IMG/VR virus record: IMGVR_UViG_3300017766_003255
Span: 1-40,219 of that record
DNA length: 40,219 nucleotides
Source of the DNA: a virus
Lineage: Duplodnaviria > Caudoviricetes
Reading direction: 5' to 3' (one strand)
Shown: piece after piece, positions 30,155 through 37,140 of the stretch
Layout: each line of letters begins with the position of its first letter
How positions within the stretch are numbered: the first letter of the stretch is position 1
Translations under genes and position numbers: made by a program
The notes under the pieces: generated by a model
What the model saw: only the letters and a program-made list of their open reading frames with translations
Databases searched by the model: none
What the model was told of the DNA's origin: nothing

Positions 30155-30580
30155 TTACCTGTTATTGCCATGCAGGTCACGCAGGACGAAGTAGGCGTAA
30201 ACGTCAGGCCCTTCCTCGGTGGCATCGTCCAGATCCGTGAAAAGCTTGCGCTGCCCCTTACGTGCCGGCTTTATCCGGTTCACAGCAGCGTAGGCCGCGC
30301 GGGTCAGTGCATCGGCCACTGCCTCTTCCGCTGGCGCCACGTAGTCAGCCTGCAGCACTCTGGCAGCATCGCAGCTGCCAGACACGTAGCCCTGACGCAG
30401 CTCGTGCCGTATGGCCTGCTTGAGCGCTGTCAGGGTCATGCCGCGCCAGACAGGTACCGCTACGTGCGGAAGGTGGTGACCTCTCCAATAGTCTGGGAGG
30501 GAAGTTTCGGCGTGAGCCCACTCGAGCACGGGGCGCGGGGTAAGCGTCAGGTCTGTGTGTAGCGGCGCGATGGTTTGCAT
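30155..30580 (-). CDS. hypothetical protein (141 aa)
   Basis: GAGGAG RBS; TSLPDYWRGHHLPHVAVPV motif. Confidence 0.75.
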   Translation of the reverse strand: MQTIAPLHTDLTLTPRPVLEWAHAETSLPDYWRGHHLPHVAVPVWRGMTLTALKQAIRHELRQGYVSGSCDAARVLQADYVAPAEEAVADALTRAAYAAVNRIKPARKGQRKLFTDLDDATEEGPDVYAYFVLRDLHGNNR

Positions 30581-30583
30581 GTT

Positions 30584-30808
30584 CTACTCCTCGTTCTGGG
30601 TTTGTTTCTGGATGAATTGACGTGCTTCGTAGAGCCACTGCTCTGGTGACAGCTGTCCGGTGGCATGCACCATGATCGACTCTGTCTCAAAGCTGAAAGA
30701 AAGGGGATCGTCCCATACTAAGTAGTGGTACCCATCCCCCTTGACCAGCTCACAGCGTGAGTCGAGCTGGCCGATGGCGGTGTTGATGCGCTGGAGGCTC
30801 ACAGCCAC
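30584..30808 (-). CDS. hypothetical protein (74 aa)
   Basis: Fills the operon; IN.AI......ELVKG.GY.Y pattern. Confidence 0.7.
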   Translation of the reverse strand: MAVSLQRINTAIGQLDSRCELVKGDGYHYLVWDDPLSFSFETESIMVHATGQLSPEQWLYEARQFIQKQTQNEE

Positions 30809-31020
30809 CCTCTGCGCGGGTACGACAGCGGCTCCAGCTCGTCCAGCTTCGCGTTGAAGCCGTCCTGAATCTCCGACTGTAAAAGGTATCCGAACTGCGC
30901 GAGTATCACCGACTTGGCTGCGAGCACGCCGCCACGCTCTTCAGTTGTCCGCTGTGCGTGCAGCTCAGTGGCCAGATCCGCGCCCAGCTTGCGTGCTGCT
31001 TTCTTTGATGTCTTGATCAT
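30799..31020 (-). CDS. hypothetical protein (73 aa)
   Basis: AGGAG RBS before ATG 31020. Confidence 0.65.
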   Translation of the reverse strand: MIKTSKKAARKLGADLATELHAQRTTEERGGVLAAKSVILAQFGYLLQSEIQDGFNAKLDELEPLSYPRRGWL

Positions 31021-31058
31021 GATCTTGCTCCTGTGCCCCCGTGGTGGCTGATTATTGG

Positions 31059-31394
31059 TTAGTAAAATCTGGCTTCGTAATCTGCGCTGCCGAGGCACTC
31101 GTTCTGAGCCTCAACGTCGTCTTGTGCATCGATGACGGCGAAGATGGCGCGGACGCCTTCCTCGCTCAGCCAGAAGATGTGGCCGTTGCCTTCGTTGTCG
31201 TCTCCCCAGCCTAGCCCCTTCGCTTCGAGTGACCCGATCAGCGCGGCCACTTGCTGGTTGTTCCAGCCCAGCGCCTTCTTAAATTCTGCGTGGCCGCCGT
31301 TGCTGAAGTTGTCGGACAGTTGTCCTTCCAGAGAGTCGTAGTTCAGACAAATCTTCAGTGCTGTAATTTCGTTGCTGGTCAGTTGTGTGCTCAT
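31059..31394 (-). CDS. hypothetical protein, winged-helix-like (111 aa)
   Basis: LTSNE..AL......GW..QQVAALIGSLEAKGL......WLSEEG; GAGGAG RBS. Confidence 0.75.
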   Translation of the reverse strand: MSTQLTSNEITALKICLNYDSLEGQLSDNFSNGGHAEFKKALGWNNQQVAALIGSLEAKGLGWGDDNEGNGHIFWLSEEGVRAIFAVIDAQDDVEAQNECLGSADYEARFY

Positions 31395-31433
31395 CTTCAT
31401 CTCCTCTGGCCGCGACATGCCGCCGATGTGAGT

Positions 31434-31462
31434 AATATAATCGATCACATACACGAACACAA
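31434..31462 (-). promoter_or_regulatory. sigma70 promoter (leftward early operon)
   Basis: Minus strand TTGTGT-N17-TATATT; the downstream leader is nearly identical to that of the 30098 promoter. Confidence 0.6.
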
Positions 31463-31505
31463 CACTTTGTGTGCGCGATTGATAATATATTTGAGATAGG
31501 TCTGT

Positions 31506-31534
31506 TTGACAGAGGATGTTGCCGTGGATAGAAT
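31506..31534 (+). promoter_or_regulatory. strong sigma70 promoter for the Cro-like gene
   Basis: TTGACA-N17-TAGAAT. Confidence 0.75.
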
Positions 31535-31565
31535 TGCAGCCGATCAAACACACAGGAGAAGTGCG

Positions 31566-31745
31566 ATGTATACGTTGGAAGAAGTACGAGAAAAGCTGCA
31601 GCACAGGCGGCTGCCGGAAATGGCAAAGGCCACCGGGCTGGCTTACGGCACGGTGCGAAAGTTGGCTGCAGGGGATAACAAGAGCGTGTCTTACGCCGTC
31701 GTCAAGAAGCTGAGCGATGAGCTCATGCGTCTCGAGACGGCTTAA
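31566..31745 (+). CDS. Cro-like HTH regulator (59 aa)
   Basis: MYTLEEVREKLQHRRLPEMAKATGLAYGTVRKLAAG..SVSYAVVKKLSDEL; AGGAG RBS. Confidence 0.85.
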   Translation: MYTLEEVREKLQHRRLPEMAKATGLAYGTVRKLAAGDNKSVSYAVVKKLSDELMRLETA

Positions 31746-34195
31746 GCCACCAGCGGATCAAACGGAAAAAGCTGCCTCAGCATCTCTCGGCTGGCGCCGG
31801 GCTGTGCTGGTGCAGATGCCTGCCCGCCTGCCGGACCAGCCGGCTTGTCCAGCCCCGGCACGCCTCTGGTAGGGGCCGTAGGGGGCTGAACGCGCGCCTG
31901 CGGGGGGATGGCAGGGGGAGGTGGTGCCTGCTCGTCTGGCTGATCTGGAGTCGCGCCAAAACCCACTCCTCCGCCCAGCACGAGCCTGTCCAGCGTGGTA
32001 GGCGTCGTCTGTAGAGCGCCTTCTGCTGCACTGAGCGCACGGCTGACCCCATAGGACCTTTGCACGCCGTTGACGAGGAACCACTCGCCAGCTGCGCGAG
32101 CCACATCGGTTCTGCCCATCATTCTGAAAAGGCTGCCCAACATGCTGCCGACTACTGCACCGGAATTGGATCGATTTTTCTCTGTGCGCATCATCCGTGC
32201 CGTAGTGGACGCCAGTGAGTTCATGACTTTTCGCTCTTCGCCAGTGAATAGCGTGCGCACAAGCTCAGGATTTCTACGCTGGGCATCCGCCCACTCTCGG
32301 GAAAAAGTGTTTGCCACTCTCCCAGTCGCATTCGAGACGATCCCGTCAGAGATCATCATGAAGGCCTCCTGTCGCAGCAAATCCCACTCAGCTGCAGGCA
32401 GCGTGTTCTTGAGCGTGGTCAATGTCCGGATCGCCTCTGGCTTGCCGATCAGACCTGAGAATGTCGATCCCAAAATAGCTTTTGCTGCAGCTTGAGGTGC
32501 CACAATTAGCGTTTTTGAGCCGTCGATCATTCCTTCTTTGGTGAGGCTGTTGAGAATTCCGCCCTGACTATCCCAAAGATTTTTAAACCCACGGTAGTTT
32601 TTGATGGCGGAAGACCATAGCCCTACCGCCTCGTTGTTGCCGTAGAACAAATTGTGCTCAGCCATGTCGAACAGTTTTTGATCAAGCTGCTCAACTGCCT
32701 GTCTGGCAGCGGCGCCCTCGCTGCCAAGGTTTGCCGCCTGACTGGTCAGCTGGCTACGGACAGCCTGAATGTCATCTAGCGACCCGCCATTCTGGAAAAT
32801 CTCATCCAAATCGCCCAGAATTCCGTAAGTGGTTGGCGCGGATCGAGGGTTGAAGTTGGTTTTCAACCCTGCAATGATCTCGGCTCCAAACGTAGCCGCT
32901 TGAGCCGGGTCTGCGTAGGCTGCACCCGCGCTTCTGGCTTGCTGGTACATCTGGTCGGCATTTTCCTTTGCAGCAGCGCGCGCATTCACGAGAGCGGCCT
33001 GTACAGCTGCGCCACCCTCCGTCCTCCCTACGACTGGACCACCTCCTGCAATGATCCGCTGAATTTCATCGATATTCTCCCGCACTGCCGCATCCTGAGC
33101 GTCGAACTGAGCGCGGATGATGTCCTTCGCTTTCTCGCCGTAGACGCCTTTTTGTGCAAGATCCTCAAAAAGCTGCTGCTCCATGTCTCCGGTAATCTGG
33201 CCAGAGGTCAAATCGACACGAACAGGCAGCCCTTGGGCCTGCATCTTTGCCAGAGCTTCTTCCGGCACAGCACCCTCGCGAATTCGCTTTGCGATGTCCT
33301 CAAAGACATTTACCTGCACCTGCTCAGGGTCAATCCCAACGCTTCGCAAGTAACTTACCGCCTCGGGTGTGAGCTTGGCGTTGCGGTCGATGACGCGCGC
33401 AGGAGCAGTCTCAAAAAGACTGCCAAGCTTGCCACCGATGCCCTTGAATATCTGACCAAGACCGTAAAACGCAGATCCAAAAATCGCACCTTCAGCTACC
33501 GGCCTGCCAGCCATCGGATCGCCGGAAGACATCGCAGAAAGCCCCTCTGCTGTCGCCGCTTCTGTCGCCGCAATTGCGGTCGATTTCATGCCCAGCGTAG
33601 TCGGCACGCCAATGGCGCCCAAACCGGTTTCTATAAGCGGTGCCGCTGCAACGGCGCCAGATAACTGCAGTGCAGTAGGCATATCCAGCCCACGAGGGTT
33701 TGGATAAAACGTCGAGAAACCCAGCAGTTTTCCCTGAGGGTCCTTCACCGGGACACTGACGAGCACGTTGCCGAAAGTGTCGCGACTGGTTTGCGCATTC
33801 GGCATAATTTCCACAATGCCTCGCTCAAGTCGTGCCGGGTCGAGTGTGGTGCCAACCAGCGCCATGAGCCTTGCTTGATCAGCTGCTGGCAGGTTTAGAT
33901 CGCGCACGCCCAAGCCTTGCCCAAGGATTGGCAGCTGGGGATAGGTCACTTTCGCCCCTCTGGTCCAGTCGTAAATGTCCCGTCCCGCAGTCGCAGCGGC
34001 TCCGGCAGCATTGCTGGCAGCAGAGAAAAGGGATGCCTTCAGCCCCTCTGGGTCCTCTCCGCTGACGATCCTGACTCCTCGTGACGACATCGCCGCGTAG
34101 TTTCCCTGACTATAAAAGTCCAGATCGGAATCCGACAACTTTGACAGGTCAACGGTGGCAGGCGTCTGTCCGGGGGTGTTTTCTTCGGCCATCAT
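31742..34195 (-). CDS. large internal virion/DNA-ejection protein (817 aa; position of P22 gp16-like genes)
   Basis: Last of four Ala/Gly-rich helical genes after the tail genes; has Gly-rich hydrophobic segments and an LTSGQITGD motif. Function inferred from synteny and composition. Confidence 0.65.
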   Translation of the reverse strand: MMAEENTPGQTPATVDLSKLSDSDLDFYSQGNYAAMSSRGVRIVSGEDPEGLKASLFSAASNAAGAAATAGRDIYDWTRGAKVTYPQLPILGQGLGVRDLNLPAADQARLMALVGTTLDPARLERGIVEIMPNAQTSRDTFGNVLVSVPVKDPQGKLLGFSTFYPNPRGLDMPTALQLSGAVAAAPLIETGLGAIGVPTTLGMKSTAIAATEAATAEGLSAMSSGDPMAGRPVAEGAIFGSAFYGLGQIFKGIGGKLGSLFETAPARVIDRNAKLTPEAVSYLRSVGIDPEQVQVNVFEDIAKRIREGAVPEEALAKMQAQGLPVRVDLTSGQITGDMEQQLFEDLAQKGVYGEKAKDIIRAQFDAQDAAVRENIDEIQRIIAGGGPVVGRTEGGAAVQAALVNARAAAKENADQMYQQARSAGAAYADPAQAATFGAEIIAGLKTNFNPRSAPTTYGILGDLDEIFQNGGSLDDIQAVRSQLTSQAANLGSEGAAARQAVEQLDQKLFDMAEHNLFYGNNEAVGLWSSAIKNYRGFKNLWDSQGGILNSLTKEGMIDGSKTLIVAPQAAAKAILGSTFSGLIGKPEAIRTLTTLKNTLPAAEWDLLRQEAFMMISDGIVSNATGRVANTFSREWADAQRRNPELVRTLFTGEERKVMNSLASTTARMMRTEKNRSNSGAVVGSMLGSLFRMMGRTDVARAAGEWFLVNGVQRSYGVSRALSAAEGALQTTPTTLDRLVLGGGVGFGATPDQPDEQAPPPPAIPPQARVQPPTAPTRGVPGLDKPAGPAGGQASAPAQPGASREMLRQLFPFDPLVA

Positions 34196-34205
34196 TAACT
34201 CCGGT

Positions 34206-36002
34206 TTACTGTATAGGAGGCATGCCGCGACGAGCTCGCTCGGCGTTTATCGATGCTACGTCTGGCGGCACGATGCCGGCAGGAGGAGTGGCTGCTGGGG
34301 CCGGCGCTGCTGGCGGAATCGGTGCATTTCCAAGCTGATAAAGACCCAATAGTTGCGTTGCTGAAGGGTCATCTTTCAGTACGTTGGCGTACTGAGCCAG
34401 TCTGTTCTCGTGGGAGCTGATTCGGTATTTTGCCGTCTTTTCGAGCGCGCCCATCAGCTCTTTTACTTCTCCCTGAGTCATGGCGCCAAGATCCCCAGCA
34501 GACGCCCTGCGTATCAACGCACGCTCATTTTCAGTAATCGCGCCTTGTCCACGCATAGCTTGTGCCGCAAGCAGTTCAAATTCTGCTAGACCCTGCATGG
34601 CTAAAACCGTGTTTTGCAACCTTTCTTGACTGTTTCCGCCTTCAACACCAAGGGACTGGCCGAGTCTGGATACTACCATTGCCGATGAACTGAGCGGACC
34701 ACTAAACAGCTCTTGCTCCAGCAGCGGGCGGACGTTATTCACCGTGTTCAGCGTGCCCAGTGCAGCAGTGGCCTGCGTGTAGGATGCATCCAGCTGGTTG
34801 GCTGCATTGGTGCTCAAGACGTCGCTCAGCTTGCCTCCGCCGACATTGATATTGGTCGCGGGACTCGGGCGTGTTATATCAAACTTCCCGGTCGTCTCGT
34901 CGACCTGAACAATGGACTCCGGAGGGGCTCCAAGCGCTGCCAATTCCTCGGGCGTAGCCATCCTGAATCTAGCCCTATTCGCCAGCTCGTTGGCCTGCTG
35001 CTCCCTCGCCAGCAAGATCGCCCGCTGATCAGCAGACAGGGCTGTATTGGACGCCAGAATCGCATCTCTCTCGGACTGAGCCTGCTGCAGCGCAGCCAAC
35101 CGGGCTCTGGTCTCGTCTTCTTTCATGGCAGCAGCGCGCGCGCCAAGCTGGCCGGGCAATGCCCGTGTGGCACCCGCCAACCGAGCAGCTCCTGAGCCCC
35201 GTAGCGGCTGTCCGTCAGGTCCGACGTTGGCGGCATAGCCCAAAGCCGCCTGAGCGATGTCAAACAGCATCTGTGACTGCGCTGTGCGGTTGTCCGCCAG
35301 CCCGAGAAGCTGCTGATACTCAGGCGTCAGCTCACGCGCGCGGGCCATCGTATCTTCCGGAGATTGGCCGCGCAGAGCTAAAAATTCGTCAAGCGGCGAA
35401 GTTGCTCGGGTAACGCCCGCCGCGCCGCTACCGTCTTGAAAATGCTGAACGATTCCTCCGCGAGCCATCTGCATAGGCATCTCAGCCGGGAGTGAGGCGA
35501 TGCCCTCGGGAGGCATGCCCATCATCTCTGGGGGCACCATCGGCTGCTCTGCGGGCGGGGCCATCCCCATCATCGCAGGATCCATCGGCGGCTGGCCACC
35601 CTGCGCCTGCATGCCCGTCATGGCGTCCATCGGCAGCGCACCCACGTCTGCTCCGCCCATCGGCAGCGCAGCAATGCCTTGCTGAGCAAGGATCGGCTGC
35701 AGCAGTGCCAGCACTTCGTCTGGGGTCTGCTGAGCAGCGTTGTATCCGACGCGATCTGCCAGCTCTTCGCGGCGGGCATCAATGGAGCGATAGTCGCCTC
35801 GCAGATTGTTCATGAGGATCTCGGGAGAATTGGGCCGGCGATCGAGAATTCGCGCCATGTCGGCGTCGTCACCTTCCTCAACCTCGCTCTCTTTCTCGAT
35901 CTCTTCCATCAGCTCATCGATGTCGTCGAGAAACCCGGACATGATGCCGACGTTTTCGATCTCGTCATCATCGACCATCTGTCTTTTCTTTTCTGCCATC
36001 AT
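34206..36002 (-). CDS. internal virion/DNA-ejection protein (~598 aa; gp20-like position)
   Basis: Acidic N-terminal domain, Met/Pro-rich linker and MARGG motif, followed by a helical region with GQGAITENERALI. Confidence 0.65.
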   Translation of the reverse strand: MMAEKKRQMVDDDEIENVGIMSGFLDDIDELMEEIEKESEVEEGDDADMARILDRRPNSPEILMNNLRGDYRSIDARREELADRVGYNAAQQTPDEVLALLQPILAQQGIAALPMGGADVGALPMDAMTGMQAQGGQPPMDPAMMGMAPPAEQPMVPPEMMGMPPEGIASLPAEMPMQMARGGIVQHFQDGSGAAGVTRATSPLDEFLALRGQSPEDTMARARELTPEYQQLLGLADNRTAQSQMLFDIAQAALGYAANVGPDGQPLRGSGAARLAGATRALPGQLGARAAAMKEDETRARLAALQQAQSERDAILASNTALSADQRAILLAREQQANELANRARFRMATPEELAALGAPPESIVQVDETTGKFDITRPSPATNINVGGGKLSDVLSTNAANQLDASYTQATAALGTLNTVNNVRPLLEQELFSGPLSSSAMVVSRLGQSLGVEGGNSQERLQNTVLAMQGLAEFELLAAQAMRGQGAITENERALIRRASAGDLGAMTQGEVKELMGALEKTAKYRISSHENRLAQYANVLKDDPSATQLLGLYQLGNAPIPPAAPAPAATPPAGIVPPDVASINAERARRGMPPIQ

Positions 36003-36009
36003 ATTCACC

Positions 36010-37140
36010 TTAGAAGACTCCTGCTGTTTTTGCCGCCGCGCCTGCGGACAGAGCCCCGATACCCAGCCCTACAGCTGTCTGCAGCGGGCTGGTAGAGGGA
36101 CCTGTCTGGGCTGCCATCGACATCTGCGTAGACGGAGCGCCGCGATAAATGTCGCTCACGAAGCCCAAGCGCTGGTAAGGATCCATGACCTCCTGCATCT
36201 TGGTTTGGCGGATAGCGTCAAGCTGCGCCTGTTCGTTCTGTCGCTCGAGAAGACCGACGTTGCCCAACATGCCGACATCTGCGGCATTCAGCTGCTGGGT
36301 AGCCTCGCCCATCGCGCCCATCTGCGTGCCCAGTGACCCCATCTGCGTACCAAGGCCTCCAAGCACCTGAGCCTTGTTGAGATCCGTGGCGGCTTGCTGA
36401 GCGGTCAGCGCACCAATCCCCTGCCCAAGCTGGCCAAACTGCATGGCAGCATTGCCAAGCGCTTGGCTGGACGCCAGCTGACGACCCTGCTGTGCTTCAA
36501 AGCCCTGCATCGCAGCCTGCTGTGCCTGCTGATAGTTTTGAGCGTAGTCCTGCATAATACGCTGCTGCATCTGGTCCTGCACGTTGCGCTCGAACTCTGC
36601 GCGCTGTACGCCCTCGCGAGTACCTCCAAACGCGCCAGCACCAACGGCCTGCGCCGCCTGCCCTTGCCGTGCAATATCTGCCTGACGACGCATCTCTCCC
36701 ATCGCATTCTGGGTCACGGCCTGCTGGTACGGGTTCATGTAGGATTGAGCGGAGTTGGGATCATAGGCCTGAGCAGAACCCAGCAGCCCACCAATCCCCT
36801 GCCCCAGTACTGGCTCTGCGCGCGCGACCATATTCTGCGCAGCCTGATACTGCGGGGCGGTTTCCACGGACCCGGCTGCCAGAGCGCCGCGTTGCGTAAG
36901 ATCCATCCCCTGCGTGATGGCCTGAGATCCGCCTTGGATGAATGGCTCAAAAGACCCGATGCCCTGACGCGCCAGATCCATCGCCTGCTGCTCACCGATA
37001 GACAGACCAGCTGCCTCAATCGCCGGCATGTTTAGCGGCTGAGAGTACAGACGGTTTGCTTCGTCCATCAGGTCCAGTTTGCGCTGTTCAATACCCGGCG
37101 CTTCCCGCTGGTATACGGTTTGGTAATTTTGTTCAGACAT
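36010..37140 (-). CDS. Gln/Gly/Ala-rich internal virion (pilot/ejection-type) protein (376 aa)
   Basis: YMNPYQQAV and AGAFGGTREGV motifs, with a hydrophobic Gly-rich C-terminus. Confidence 0.7.
   Translation of the reverse strand: MSEQNYQTVYQREAPGIEQRKLDLMDEANRLYSQPLNMPAIEAAGLSIGEQQAMDLARQGIGSFEPFIQGGSQAITQGMDLTQRGALAAGSVETAPQYQAAQNMVARAEPVLGQGIGGLLGSAQAYDPNSAQSYMNPYQQAVTQNAMGEMRRQADIARQGQAAQAVGAGAFGGTREGVQRAEFERNVQDQMQQRIMQDYAQNYQQAQQAAMQGFEAQQGRQLASSQALGNAAMQFGQLGQGIGALTAQQAATDLNKAQVLGGLGTQMGSLGTQMGAMGEATQQLNAADVGMLGNVGLLERQNEQAQLDAIRQTKMQEVMDPYQRLGFVSDIYRGAPSTQMSMAAQTGPSTSPLQTAVGLGIGALSAGAAAKTAGVF

Noticed and set aside
29507-30562. 351-aa plus-strand ORF
   Set aside because: Runs antisense across two RBS-supported genes and a promoter, and has no motifs.
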